Positions 1 to 13,872 of a stretch of DNA of 64,000 nt are shown here, piece by piece. This stretch comes from Paraspadella gotoi (lineage: Eukaryota > Animalia > Chaetognatha), in contig CM119268.1 in assembly GCA_051294375.1 (NCBI GenBank), forward strand, positions 919,218 through 983,217, written 5' to 3'. The position numbers and the translations under genes were made by a program. Numbering within the stretch: the stretch's first letter is position 1; every line of letters starts with the position of its first letter. The notes beneath the pieces are model-generated. The model had not been told where the DNA came from. It was given only the letters and a program-made list of their open reading frames with translations, and did no database searches.

Positions 1-495
1 ATCCGAATTGACAACTCGATCTTCATAACGTCTTTTGTTTTAATGTTCGCTTTCCCAATAACTGGTATTACTCATCCGTTCTTGACTTTGTTTATCATTC
101 TTTTTTTGCTCTTAAATCCTAAATCCTAATTTTCTCCATTTCGTCCTGGTTCCCAGAGTCACAGAATCTCAAAGTCATACATCAACAAATAAACAATCAA
201 ACGTTTCATGTTCTACTCCGTCATTTCTTATTCTCCTCTTCCATTGAATCGCTCTATCCTGTAAACCCCTCTAAACCCCTCTAAACCCCCTTTAAACTCT
301 TCTTACCCCCTTTAAAATTCCCTTTTCACCCGCCCAATGTCCTCAGACGTTTTTACCTTTTTCGAGGATTCCCTTAACCACTCTTCGACCTCAGCCCCTC
401 GGTTAACCCAGCCTTAACCCCTTTTTCGTCATTCCTAATCATCCTCTCTTTTTACGCTCCCTCTCCCTCTCTCACTCTCTCTCCCTCATTCACTC

Positions 496-501
<6 letters not shown>

Positions 502-563
<62 letters not shown>

Positions 564-622
564 TGATTTCAACAAAGTTGTAAACGTCGCTCTACTTGTT
601 CCCTCGTGTTCTCAGTTGTAAA

Positions 623-658
<36 letters not shown>
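502..658. repeat. (CT)n microsatellite followed by a (TCG)n microsatellite
   Basis: Direct reading. Similar (CT)n/(GA)n tracts recur throughout, e.g. 1022-1091, 9783-9836, 12056-12085, 25503-25543, 28669-28710, 50895-50944. Confidence 0.95.
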
Positions 659-1016
659 CTCTGTATTGTTGCCATCGACGTCCTCGAGTATTGTTACCAT
701 TACTTATTACTATTACTATTACTTACTAATGTCGTTGTTAATTTCATACGTATGTAATGTACCTATATATATATTATATATACCTATAATTACTACTACT
801 ACATACTACGGTGCATTTAAAGTCATAGTCATAGTCATAGTCCGACAACAGTCTGTATCATCGTCGTCGTTGTACAACAGTCTGTATCGTCATTGTTTTC
901 TTGTTTACATCTTTGTTTACGTAAACACTTAATGTTTAATGCTTAATTGTCGTTTGTTTATATCGTTGTTTTGCTCGTCGTTCCGGGTTTTTTTTTTGCT
1001 TCGCTCTTTGCTTCAC

Positions 1017-1094
<78 letters not shown>

Positions 1095-1194
1095 TCCACT
1101 TTCCTCCGTTAAACGTTTGGTTGGGGATCAAAGCGAAGGAAGGGGAGGGAGGAAAAAAAAAGAAAAACAAATAAACGAGGACAAAAAAAAGACA

Positions 1195-1545
1195 AAAAAT
1201 AGAGAGGAAAGAAAAGGAGGAAAGGAAAGAAAAGGAGGAAAGGAAAGAAAAAGTAGGAATAAAGAAGAAGAAAAAGGAAAGAAAAGGAGGAAAGGAAAGA
1301 AAAGGAGGAAAGGAAAGAAAAGAAGGAAAGGGAAAAAATGAGAAATGAAAAGAGAAGTAAGAAAGGAAAGAAGAGGGGAAAGAAAAGAAGAGGAGGAAAG
1401 GAAATAAAGAGAGGAAAGGAAAGAAAAGGAATGAAAAGAAAAGGAGGAAAGAAAAGGAGGAAAGAAAATAAAGCGAGGAAATAAAAAAGGAGGAGGAAAG
1501 AAAAGAAAAGGAGGAAAGGAAATAAAGCGAGGAAAGGAAAGAAGA
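1195..1545. repeat. Polypurine low-complexity tract including an 18-bp AAAGGAAAGAAAAGGAGG repeat
   Basis: Almost only A/G. It explains the K/R/E/G-rich spurious ORF at 1117-1341. Confidence 0.85.
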
Positions 1546-1612
1546 GTCTCCGTCGGGAACGCGAAGTTAATGAAACGATGGGCGAGCGACGGAGGAAACG
1601 AATGGAGGAAAA

Positions 1613-1845
1613 AAAGGAAAGAGAGAAGATGGCATCTCAGAGAAAGGAAAGAGAGAAGATAGCATCGCAGAGAAAGGAAAGAGAGAAGATGGCATCTCAG
1701 AGAAAGGAAAGAGAGAAGATGGCGTCGAAGAGAAAGGAAAGAGAGAAGATGACATCTCAGAGAAAGGAAAGAGAGAAGATGGCGTCGAAGAGAAAGGAAA
1801 GAGAGAAGATGGCATCTCAGAGAAAGGAAAGAGAGAAGATGGCAT
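1613..1845. repeat. 30-bp minisatellite, 8 copies (GAGAGAAGATGGCATCTCAGAGAAAGGAAA)
   Basis: Exact 30-bp periodicity visible in lines 1621-1801, with two variant types roughly alternating. Confidence 0.95.
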
Positions 1846-1965
1846 AATCCCTAAATCCCTAACCCTAACCTAATCCTCGACTCTTAACTCTAAACATCTA
1901 AAAAAAGTCGCTAAAAAAACAAAAAAAACAAAAAAACAAAAAAACAAAACAAAAAAACAAAACGA

Positions 1966-2308
1966 CAGACATTGGACAATGGACAATGGACAATGGACAT
2001 TGGACATTGGACATTGGTCGACCGACGGCTTGAAGTTACGTGTTTGAGTCACAGGCATCGAAAACGGGCGGAGTTGTGGAGCAAGCGGACAAAAGGGCGC
2101 GGTCCAAGGAGCAGTAAAAAGGGAGCGGTCCAAAGAGCGGACAAAAGGGGGCAGGCCAAGGAGCGGACCAAAGGGGGCGGGCCTAGGAGCGGACAAAAGG
2201 GGGCAGGCCAAGGAGCGGACAAAAAGGGCCAGGCCAAGGAGCGGACAAAATGGAGCAGGCCAAGGAGCGGACAAAAGTGGGCGGGCCTAGGAGCGGACAA
2301 AAGGGGGC
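1966..2308. repeat. 7-bp (TGGACAW)n run followed by a ~26-bp minisatellite (GGCCAAGGAGCGGACAAAAGGGGGCA), about 9 copies
   Basis: Direct reading of tandem units. Confidence 0.85.
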
Positions 2309-2499
2309 GAGCGCTTGCCGGACGAAAATGATTAATTAATTTTGGGTCGAGTGAAAAACATTTTTATTTCTAGGGAAATTTTTTAACGACGAAGCAGAAA
2401 ATGTCGCTGGTGACGAATGGGAAGTCCGGGGAAAATGAGTCGTCTCCATGAGCTATTTTATAAAGGGAGACAAATACCATCTGCCAGAGAATGATATGG

Positions 2500-2612
2500 A
2501 ATTGGAAAATGAATGGAAAATGGAAAGGAAAATGGAAAATGAATGGAAAATGAAAAGGAAAATGGAAAATGAAAGGAAAATGAAAAGGAAAATGAAAGGA
2601 AAATGGAAAGGA
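2500..2612. repeat. Degenerate (GGAAAATGAA)-type repeat
   Basis: Tandem GGAAAAT motifs. Source of the MENEWK ORF. Confidence 0.8.
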
Positions 2613-3689
2613 GTTTCACCGCAAGAGCGATAATTGTGAAAGCGTGAAACGTTTCGTTGAGTTAAGATGGACCTCGATTCACGTGGCTTAAAGAAAAATA
2701 AAATAAAGAAAAAAAAATTAATTAAAGTATTTTAAAATTATATTCATAACATAAAGGTGCCCCTATAGACCTTTTCCCAGTATGTATCCCTATCAGAACA
2801 TACAATTCTACATGGTAGTCTTATCCCTATTGGTAAAAAAATCATATATAACGTTGGCCCCACTAAAAAAATTATCCATTCCCACCTCTTTCTGTTCAGC
2901 CTTTTAGATATTATGATTTTTCATTAATGACTTTCTAACAGAAATGATGTGTGATATCTATTAGAAAACTAGGACAGAGAGTAATCTAACCTTGTGTTGC
3001 ATAGATGCTCCCTCTATTTCCAGAAGACAACACTGACTTCCCCTTCCCAAATTGAATTATTAGATAAATAAAACATTTTTAAAAAAGAAAGCAATATATA
3101 TTTGTTTAAATAATATAGATTAAATACTAAATCCTTCATAAAATATAAAAATAGAAAGTAGTGAAACAAGTAATTTGCAAATTTTCATAAAAGAATCAGT
3201 TTTTTTCTCAGACGAAAAAAAAAGAAAAAAAAGAAAAAAAAAGAAAAAAAAAGAGAAAAAAAAAGTTTTTTTGAAAACAGAAGTTGAAAATGGTAATTGG
3301 TGAACCGCCATCGTCCGCCGCGTTTTTGTGAAGAAACGTGAAAAGTGAACTAATGTGAGAATAGAGGTTTGAATCTATCAAAGAATGTAGAAATGAATTC
3401 ATCAATGAATAAATGAATCATATTAAAGGTCTAAAAAAAGATCGAGGCATGACTCAGAAAAAGAACATAAAAGGCTAATGAAATGAATTAAAGAAATGAT
3501 GAATGAGCGGAAGAAACTAAATTTAAAAAAAAAAGAGAGAGAAAAGAAAAAGGTTAAACATACGGAAAGCGTGAATAAAGAGAGTGTGAGAAAGACATAA
3601 AAGGAAAAAAAGAAAGAAAGAAAGATAAAAAATACGGAACATGTGAATATAAAGAGGATGAGAAAGAAAGAAAGAAAGAAAGAAAGAAA

Positions 3690-3724
<35 letters not shown>

Positions 3725-5407
3725 GAAAGAAAGCAGATGAATCATCACAAATTCGAAAGGAAGAAGATTTTCTGGACAAAGAGTTTCGACCTCCGGCATA
3801 AAAGGAAAAGGGAATAAAGGAAGGCATGAAGGGGGCAAGTAGGGGAAAAGTGAAAAGGTAAAAGGGAAAGAAGAAAGGCATGAAGGGGGCAAGTAGGGGA
3901 AAAGAGAAAGGAAAGAGGGTAAGTATGGCTAGGAAGGAACAGGGTAAAGATTTAAGGAAGGGGCAAAACATTAAAAACGAGGAAAAAACGTAAAGTATCA
4001 TGTATCAATGTATCAGTGTTGTCTAATATAGTAAAACAAGTAATTGTGCACTTTTTCGTAGCTAACGAGAAGTACTAATGATATCGGCTTGCTTATTGGG
4101 CAATGGACATAATGGGTCCACAGAAGCACTCGAGAAGCGGACAGAAGCGGACGGAAGCGGACGGAAGCGGAAAGACCACGCCCACATGTGGCGGTGGTCG
4201 CGGCCGTGGTAGTCGCAGTGGTTAGGGTCTGAGTTGTTGGGGTCAGAGTGGTCCGGGAGGTCGGGGTCAGGGTGGTCGGGGTGATCGGGGAGGTCGGGGT
4301 GGTTTCGGCCCCGAATTCAATCTCAGGGCGATGTGTTCTCCGAAGATCCGCGAATTGAAGACAAACATCGTCTTTGTTCGTTTGTTGTTGTTGTTGTTGT
4401 TGGAGGTGGTGGTTGTAGTGGTGGTGATGGTGATGGTGGTGGTGGTGGTCGCAAAAAAAACTGAATGGATTCGCTTCTTAATTGATTGTAAACAACTGGC
4501 GAGATACACGTAGGGACTAAGGGACGGAGAGGCGGACGGACGGATATACGGAAGGATGGACATTGGACAATGGACAAGGTTTGGACGTTTTTGTCCCTGG
4601 TTGGATTGTCTCTCTATTCGGCCCTGGGATGGTTGGACAATTGGACAGACAGAGCGTAAAGAAAGTAAAACTTGATTTTGACATGAATTGATATAATACA
4701 TCATGGAAAACATAAATGTATAATATAATTTAAACTGTGCGTTTTACTGTATGTTGTATTTGCATCCTGTATGCATTGTATGCTTTACATAAATAGAGCA
4801 ATTGTGAAAGAAATTTCGAAAAGACAAGCCTCAAACTAATATTTTAGTTTCTCTTTCTATTTTTTCTTCTTTTCCACTTTCTGTTCATTTTTCTATTTTA
4901 CTTTCTCTTTCTGTTTCTCTTTCTGTCTTTCTTTCTTTTTCACTCGCCCACGTGATTTCTGCCTTGCGACGAGTTCCTCTAGAATTCCAAAGAAGAAACA
5001 GAATGAATTTCTTTCCAGGGAAATCTAAATGTTAATAGGAAAAAACTGTTTAAAAGTTAAATAATTAAATAGTTTTTTAAAAAAATCCAATGGACCAACC
5101 GTTTCTCTTCGGCAATGTGGTTCGCAATAAGGTCACTTTCCCTTTTTCTCTTAATCTCGTAAACATCGCATATGTTATTATTATTATGTAAAACATTGAA
5201 ATATCCTCGACCCAACACAACCCAAAGGAACCCACTTTTTAGTCGATGGACTCCGCCTACAGCGGTGAAGCCGGTTCACTCGCGGCTAAATTTTTTGTTT
5301 CTCAACCTTTTTTTTTCCAACTCAAACCTAAACAAACTTTTTCACATATTAAACATATTAAACGCCCCACGCACAATCATTTAAGTATTAATTTCAACCT
5401 GACTCAT

Positions 5408-6006
5408 CAACCCGGCCTTCCCTTCCACAACCCGGCCTTCCCCTTCCACAAACCCGGCCTTCCCTTCCACAAACCCGGCCTTCCCTTCCACAACCCGGCC
5501 TTCCCCTTCCACAACCCGGCCTTCCCTTTCCACAACCCGGCCTTCCCTTCCACAACCGGCCTTCTCCCTGTCACAACCCGGCCTTCCCTTCAAACTTCGC
5601 ACACCCGGCCTTCCCTTCCACAACCCGGCCTTCCCTTCCACAACCCGGGCCTTCCCTTCCACAACCCGGCCTTCCCTTCCACAACCCGGCCTTCCCTTCC
5701 ACAACCCGGCCTTCCCTTCCACAACCGGCCTTCCTTCCACAACCCGGCCTTCCTTCCACAACCCGGCCTTCCCTTCCACAACCGCGGCCTTCCCTTCCAA
5801 ACAACCCAGCACTTCCCTTCCACAACCCGGCCTTCCTTCCACAACCCGGCCTTCCCTTCCCACAACCCGGCCTTCCCTTCCACAACCCGGCCTTCCCTTC
5901 CACAACCGCGGCCTTCCCTTCCACAACCCGGCCTTCCCTTCACAACGCTTCCCACACCCGCCTTCCTTCCACAACCCGGCCTTCCCTTCCACAACCCGGC
6001 CTTCCA
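5408..6006. repeat. 20-bp minisatellite (ACAACCCGGCCTTCCCTTCC), about 30 copies
   Basis: Tandem units with scattered 1-bp indels. It generates the 311-aa and 208-aa pseudo-ORFs. Confidence 0.95.
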
Positions 6007-9000
6007 TACTCTCGTTCCCTTTCCTTTTCTAAGAGAAGCAAATTTAAATCCGATTATCCGGCTGCAGATGTCGACGCTGCAGCAGATGTCGACGCTTTTC
6101 GCTGATAAAAGCTCGACGTCTCCGCGGCCCGTGGGCGTGGCCTTGGCGCGACTCCGTCCCGTTGTCGTGGCGTGGCAATAGTAGGTTGCATTGGCGACGA
6201 GTCGATGGGCCTTTCATATGATATCAGGGTATCATAATAACTAACATAGGAACTATCATAAGAACTATCATAAACTATTAGTTTTCGAAAATATTCGACA
6301 TTCACCGCTCCGAAGTGGTTTTGTTACAGTTGTGAGAGAGAGTTGTGAGAGTGGTGCGGTGTGCTTTGATGCTGCGTGAGTGATGGAAAGAGAGTGACAC
6401 GGCCGTGACGAGAGTTTTGTCACGTGACGTGAGTTTTGTCACTGCCTTCCCGGAGTCGATAGTTTATTCATGATGAAAGGAGCTGATAATGGGGAAAGAG
6501 AGATAAGAGAAATCGTGGATGGGAAGAGAGAGGGATATTAGAGTGGAGCTAACGGAAACCAAAATTTTATTTAAGATATGTCACAATCATAATTATACCT
6601 GTAGTAGTATAATTATTAAGTACAAAAAATATTTTACATTCTCATACTGTTACTCTTAAAATTCAGGGCTTGAGTTTTATCATTTACATATAAATTGTAT
6701 ATTAAAGGCAGCAAAAAAATACTGTTACTTCTCTAAATCTTTTCATCAGTCCACCCTATTGGCTAAATAGCCGGAACAGGGTTGAAAACTAGATAGTTCT
6801 CTCAATAAAAATAATGATAAAGTGACTGTTAGAAGAATATGAAAATACAAATAATTTTTAAAAAATTATCTTCATTAATAACACGCGCACGGAAAGCATT
6901 TAAAGATTATTTTTATTACTATATAAAGTTAAAATTTTTTTTTTGAATTTTTTCATTTTTTTTAATGGATTCTGAAAGAGCTTTAAAAGATTAGAAAAGT
7001 TATTTAATACAAAATTTTTATAGATTTTTTTGTTTTATTTGATAAAAATTTATAAAAAAAACTATAAATTCAGCCATATGATGATGATTGTGATGATTTT
7101 TAACGTTTGTTTTTCTTTTTTAACCAAAAAAAATTTCTTGTCAAAACTTTTAAAAATTGTAGTACTTAACTTTCATTTAACTTTCAAGCTCTATAGGAAT
7201 CCGTTCTTAAAAAAACTATTTTTTTAAAAAAAACATTTTTTTGTTCATTTGTTATATATTTAATAAATATTTTAAAAGCTTTCAGTGCCAAACAACCCAA
7301 TGAACTTAATTCAAAAAGTTGCATGAAAATCGATTTTAGTTAATAGAAGAAAAAAAGAATTTTTTTGAGAGAAAAAAGTTTATAAAAAGTATGTTCAATT
7401 TTGGCCCGCTCTTATTGGCTTAAGGCCCGTTAGCTAAAATTTCTAAATTTAACTTTAATTAAAATTCTAAAAGTGAGGAACGAACAACATTATACTATAA
7501 TGAACATTTATGTAATAAAAAAATTTTATAAATAAATTTTACAATTTACGCAGTTAGGCCATATTATTACTAGTACTAAACCATAAATGTTTAAAATTTC
7601 AAACAGTTTTTTCTAAGATTTTTTTGCAGATTTGGATTCGGTCATAAAAAGTTGGTTAAAAAGAAATATAACTCTTTTTGAAAAATTCCTTCAATTAAAG
7701 TGGGTCAAAAATTAGAATAAGTTATATTTGAAGCTGAAAATTAACTTTTTATATATTAAATATAGTTTTTTTAATTTTTAACCCACTTAAGGTCCGCGGA
7801 TCACTCAATTCAAATTATAATTAGGCTAAAACCGAGCTCGGATTCGAAAGGAGAGCTCCTAACGATTCGAAATGTATTCACTTTACTATTTTTTCAAAGG
7901 CGTTATCGTTTTTTCGATTTTTTTTGTTACTATATAAAATAAAAGAAACCTATTTGAAGAGTTGGCAGCCCAAAGGTAATGCGGTTTCTCATGAAATTTG
8001 GCATGGATTACTTGTAGGTCACGAACTCCAATTCTATGAAAAGATACTTTAAAATTTGCCTTCCTTCATAGAAAATTTGATTATTTTAGTCCAATTTTTG
8101 GGAAAAATTCCTTGATATCTTTGAAACGAAAAAACATTTTTCCAAAAACGCGCTCATAGAATCTCTCCCACCTTTTCCTTCTTGCCCAAGATATTTTTTT
8201 CTTCAAGAAGAGTCCTGTGGTTTGAGCTGCAACTCTTCGTTTTTAACTTCACTTCGTCAAGAAAGTTAAATTCTGTACTCATTACTTTTGCAAGATTACA
8301 CACAACTTACACAAGCACGGGATGTGATGATGGAGTTTGTTCAACGCCGATGTCTTAAAAAAATGGCTTGTACTGTTTTAATTTTTTTAAATTCAGATTT
8401 GATTTTTTTTTCAGAGATTCTAGAAAATAGCGGCAACTATTTTATGATATAAAGTAAAAAGTCAAATTGAAATTAAATTCGATAAGTTTTTTAACTCATG
8501 AAACTCATAAAAGCATAAAAAACCCATCTGAAAAATGTGTAGAGTAGTTGTTTTAGATTTATTATGATACAACTCCAAGTATGGAGTGTACCAAAGGAAG
8601 AATTAAATATAAGAAGTAGAAATTGAGCTTACTGTAAAGAATCAGTTTTAAGTTAAAAATTTGGTTGTAGAAATTTAGCTTACATTTTAAAAAAATATTT
8701 TTTCTCTTTGAAAATCTAGCTTTACCGAAGAAAAAAATTTGTTTTAAATTTTTTTGAACATTCTTAGGTAGATTTTTAAAAGTTTTCGATTATTTTTTTA
8801 ATAGAAAACCTCTTACAAGATCTGAGGAAAAGGATTAAGATACAGTAAATTAAGATTTCTACAATATTAAGTTGAGTGATCCCTGGCCTTAATGAAAGAA
8901 TTTTTAAAAATGATTTATATTTTCTTTTATCAACTTTGACGAGGAATTCGAAATCTGCAATCAAAATTAAAAAAAGCCTATTTTTGAAATTTTTCGATTT

Positions 9001-9231
9001 TATAAGGATAGTACTATATATAAATATAGCCTACTGCGAAAATTAAAAAAACATAAAATTAATTTTTTTTACAAATTAATGTTCACTGATTGTATGTTTA
9101 TTCATAATTGACTTTAGGAATTTTTCGTATGTAACTTTCACTACGCCTTACTATTGGGTATATGCTGTATATACTGTATATACTATATAGTGGATTTAGG
9201 GATTAAGGAGAAGCCGTACAAATAAAAAGGA

Positions 9232-9392
9232 GGATTGGATTAGGATTGGATTAGGATTGGATTAGGATTGGATTAGGCTGGGAAACTGAAGATTGAACGG
9301 GTTGGATTGACTTAAAGATTGACTTAAAGATTGACTTAAAGGTTGACTTAAAGATTGACTTAAAGATTGACTTAAAGATTGACTTAAAGATT
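9232..9392. repeat. 11-bp (GGATTGGATTA)n and 12-bp (GATTGACTTAAA)n tandem repeats
   Basis: Direct reading. Confidence 0.85.
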
Positions 9393-9402
9393 TAAAAAGG
9401 AT

Positions 9403-9463
9403 CAAGATAGCTTATTTATTAAATGAATTGATAATTTTTATATTGGTTGTACCAATTTGATAA
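9403..9463 (-). repeat. Dispersed repeat family B copy (ATGAAATTGGTACAACCAATATAAAAATTATC...AGCTATCTTG)
   Basis: Reverse complement of the motif seen at 29639, 50247 and 61892. Confidence 0.8.
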
Positions 9464-9780
9464 TAGTGAAAATTTAAGTACGATGCTGAGCTGGGTTCAT
9501 TTCGTCATAAGACTGGGGATGGAGGAGCATTCACCTCAATGTAAGAATTCTGCATCGGTTCAAGTCGCTTAGTGGGTTTGGCTCATTTAGGGTTTGGCTC
9601 ATTTAGGGTTTGGCTCATTTAGGGTGGGGCCTGGAAAAAGTCTGGGCTTCCAAGATGCAAGAGTCCATGAAACATTCAGGACCGATTATGTTACGAGAGA
9701 TTAGGAATTAAGTGAATTAAAGACTGTTCGAAATACAAAATAACCGGGAGGAATGATCCCGGATCCCATCATTAAATAAG

Positions 9781-9840
<60 letters not shown>

Positions 9841-12048
9841 GTTGGCCACATGGGATTAAGAATTTGCGGAAAGGAGGGCATGTGTTCACAAGACCAACAG
9901 AACCAGTGAAAAAAAACCGAAATAAAAAAGTATCAACTCTCTTTCGCTCTTTCTTCCTTTCGTTTCCCCCCCCCCTTATCTCACTCACTTCACACAAAAC
10001 CATCGCCGTGAATATCTTCTTCACGTGTCACCGAATTTGGGTGAATTTCGTGATTTATTTTTGGTTCAAGGAATCGAGGTTCACCTTCGCAAATCTTGTC
10101 TTTCGATTCAGTTGACTAACTTTTTTACGATTTCGAAACTTTTTTTTTTTGAGAATAAAATGTCTTTCATTTGTGAATTTAAGAAAAAAATATTTTGGAG
10201 TTTAACTACATATTCCTGAATACAACAGGAACAGAATTCCAATGTTTAGGTAATAATAAAATATTTCCTATTTTATGAACACTTTTATTTTCTCTGTAAC
10301 TCTTTTCATACAATCAAACATTCTCTCTGTTTCAAACTTCATCAAATGGTCTTTCCCCTTCTCCCCCGAACCGCGACCTTCCGTGGTCTCCCACCCTCTC
10401 CCAGTATGCGTGCGATTCGCTTCCCAAACGCACGCACGAATTTTTATTTTTTTTTGGTGCGCGCGCAGCTTCGCAAATCCTGAGATTCTCGTTTGAGATA
10501 AGCGCAGAAATTCTTTTCCCCAATTTCCGGCGGAAAGACGAAGATAACAACTTTTACCGTTTTTTATTTGACTGGAAAGAAGGGAGAAAAGTTTGATACG
10601 GGACCCGGATGTGGTAGAGTCTGGGCAATGGCCGCATCGAAAAACGGAAATGGCGGTGGAGAATGTGGGAGAATGTAGGAGAATGTAGGAGAATGTAGGA
10701 TGGTAGTGGTTGTAAGCGTAATAACGATACGAATTTATAAGAGGCTGGAATGACATTGGTAAAGAAATAATGAATACTAAAATCATAGTTTTTTTACCAT
10801 TTGGTTAAAGACAAAAATATTTTGTTAAAATTAGGTCAAATTAGTAGGGTTCAAGTTAAAATCCAAAGCTAAGAAAAGTGACGCCGATTAAAGAGGACAG
10901 ATACGCTCACCTTTTTTTGACAAGGTGGTTTGGTGGAACTTGATCTTGGGGACTGATCTAGGGGATCTGATCTAGTCGATCTAGGGGACTGTTTGGTTGC
11001 CTTATAGTATGTAAGTGATTGGTCGCATTTTTAGACGTTAAGCGATAGATGATTGGTCGCCCGTTCGTGTGGGCGTGAGAGCTTATCGAGCGTCTGTAAC
11101 GCCGATTCCATATTTGGCGAAAGCGGAGCGAGTGAACTCCGTTTCGCTTGGGTTAATAGAAGCCGCGAGAGTCACTCAGCCCGACCGCCGAGCGGGGTTC
11201 CATTTTAAACAGAGGCCAAAGTGGGGCAGCGTGCCTCGCGGGCTGTTTTTTACCCCGGACGTGGCCGCGTGGGCGAGAGAGACTGGATCGAGGACGCCCT
11301 CGACTGTGAATGTGAAACGTTAACCATTTCAAGATTCACAATTCGCCCTAATAATGTTTTTGTTTCACGGTTGTGGGCGGAGAGAAAGGAGAGAGTTGAA
11401 TATTTCTGAAGGAGAGAGTCAGCCCCTNNNNNNNNNNCTCTCTCTCTCTCTCTCTCTCTCCATTTACGAATGCGATTAAATGTTTTTCTTAACCAGTAGA
11501 CTAAACATCACTTTATGCAACAAGTATTAAATTTTTTTTTCTCATTTAATTTTCTTTTTCTCCCGAAACGAAGAAAAGGAAAAAGTTCAATCGACTTAAC
11601 TTTTTTATTCTTTTTCTTCTTCTTTTTCTTTCCTTTTTATTTCTCCTTCTATTTCAATAGCGACACAGATACTCTTATTCGGGTTCAAGCCTCGTTTAAC
11701 TCGGAGACCCATTGTCCCTCGAGGCCCATCATTCTTCAAAAACAGCGGGACCAAAGGAATCTCTGTCCACCCCCCCCCCGCGTTATCCGTGTCTCGCTCT
11801 CTGTCTTTCTCTTCGAGTGACTTTCTTCGTTTTCGGCAGATTTTAAAATTTCATCAAATAAAATGCAAAATTCGTCGGGTTTAATTTTCGCAATTTGAAA
11901 AAATAAAAAATCGTCGTTTTTGCTTTTGGATTTTTTTCCTTAGTATTTTTTGTGATAAAATTTTAATATCTGAAAAAAATTCGGGAATGACGTTAAAAAG
12001 ATAATAAGAGAAAATTAGGTTCCAGATTAAAATTAATAGTATATGGTA

Positions 12049-12089
<41 letters not shown>

Positions 12090-13242
12090 CATATTGTTTC
12101 GCAAGATAGGTAAAACAAGATTTCCCGATATGAAAGAAGAAAAGGGGAGGCAATATTTCCAGGAAAAAAAAAACACAATTCAAAGAATGAAAAAGGAAAA
12201 GAAGAAAAAGGAAGGAAGATTTAAGTAGGAAACTTCGGTTTCCTTCTTCGTGACACGGGGAGGAGGAGGAGGAGGAGGAGGAGGAGGAGGAGCCTTTGAC
12301 AATATCGCAGATTTGTAATGAAGGGGATCAACTGTCAGTCGGCCATTCTTCTCTCTCTGTCTCCGTCTCTCTCTCTCTGTCTCCCGCTTTCTCTTTCTCC
12401 GAGAGAGATTTTCTTTTATCTCGTCGCATCGCTGGTTGGCTTTCTCCTTGTGAGGCGCTGGGGTGAATCGGGGTTGCTGATGGGGTGCTGGGCAAATAAA
12501 TGATATAAATATAAATGATATAAATGATTTTGAATGAAGAGGCAAACATGAGATGGCGCGTGAATCATTCGCTCTTTGTTTAAGTTAATAGTGAACAGAT
12601 ATAAAAACTATAAGTTGTTCAATGTTCATAGATCAGTGGCCGACTGAATATTATTCAGTGAATGAGGCATTTTGCGACATTTTGACTCCGACTCGAACCG
12701 ATTGGGTTCCGCCCCATCTTGGGCGAATGGCCGTGGGCTCGAGACGGCGGATGACGCTCTTCCGTCACAAACCGTCACGCGCCGTCACGAAAAGCGCCCC
12801 CTACTTTTTTCCCCTTTTATTACCGTCGTAGAGATAACGTCTTATGGGTCGTTAAAAATCTCCTGGTGGATTTTTCTAATTACGAACCTCAATTTCTTTT
12901 TCTTCTTTTTTTAAATATTATTATTTTCGGATTTTTTTTTTTATTTTCTGACATCGAAAGAAAATTGGAGAACGAAAAGGAGAGAGAGAGGTTGATTCGA
13001 GTCTCGAGAAGATAATGGAATGAAAGGGAGAGGGAGACGAGAGAGGGAGACAAAGGGAGAGAGAGTCGAGAGGAATAATCGATGGCGGAAGAGAAAAAGT
13101 TAGAGAATAAATTGAAAAGTAAAATTGAAAATTAAAAGTAGAGATGGAGAGAGAGAGAGAGAGAGATAGAGAGAGGGAGAGAGAGAAAGAGAGAGAGAGA
13201 GAGAGTTACATGAAATTAAGGACGAAAGAGGAAACTCGACCC

Positions 13243-13872
13243 TTTTCCATTTTTCCACTTTTCCATTTTTCCACTTTTCCATTTTTCCACTTTTCCATTT
13301 TTCCACTTTTACATTTTTCCACTTTTCCATTTTTCCACTTTTTCCCTTTTTTTTCCCCGAATGCGCGATTCAATTCTTCTTTTCTTAAAAAAAAAAAAAG
13401 AAAAATAAATTACAAAAAATGGGGCGGGGGTGTTGAAATGCGGTCGACTTCATTTAAATGAAAATTTTCTCCGACTTCAAGCCTCGAACCGTCGCGTCTC
13501 TCCAAACTCATTCCTCTTCATTTTCTTCCTTTTTTTTCAATTTTCCTCTAATCAATTCCTCTACCCGAAAGTTCCCCCTTCCCTCTTTCTATCCCCTTCC
13601 CTCTTTCTATCTCCTTCCCTTTTTCTATCCCCTTCCCTCTTTCTATCCCCTTCCATCTTTCTCCCCTCCCCGTTCCCTCTTTCTCCCCATTTTCCTTTTC
13701 CTTCTTTTCAATTCCCCCTTTTTCAATTCCCCCTATTTTCAATTCCCCCTTTTTTCAATTCCCCTTTTTTTCAATTCACCCTTTTTTCAATTCCCCTTTT
13801 TTCAATTCACCCTTTTTTCAATTCACCCTTTTTTCAATTCCCCTTTTTTCAATTCCCCTTTTTTCAATTCCC
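13243..13872. repeat. Pyrimidine-rich tandem repeats: (TTTTCCAY)n, (CCCTCTTTCTATCCCCTT)n, (TTTTTCAATTCCCC)n
   Basis: Three adjacent short-period arrays. Confidence 0.85.

Noticed and set aside
1848-1877. CCCTAA telomere-like run
   Set aside because: Only about three degenerate hexamers, too short to call an interstitial telomere.
5246-6181. 311-aa Pro-rich ORF and overlapping antisense ORFs
   Set aside because: Translation of a 20-bp minisatellite that lacks stop codons. The frame drifts with the unit length.
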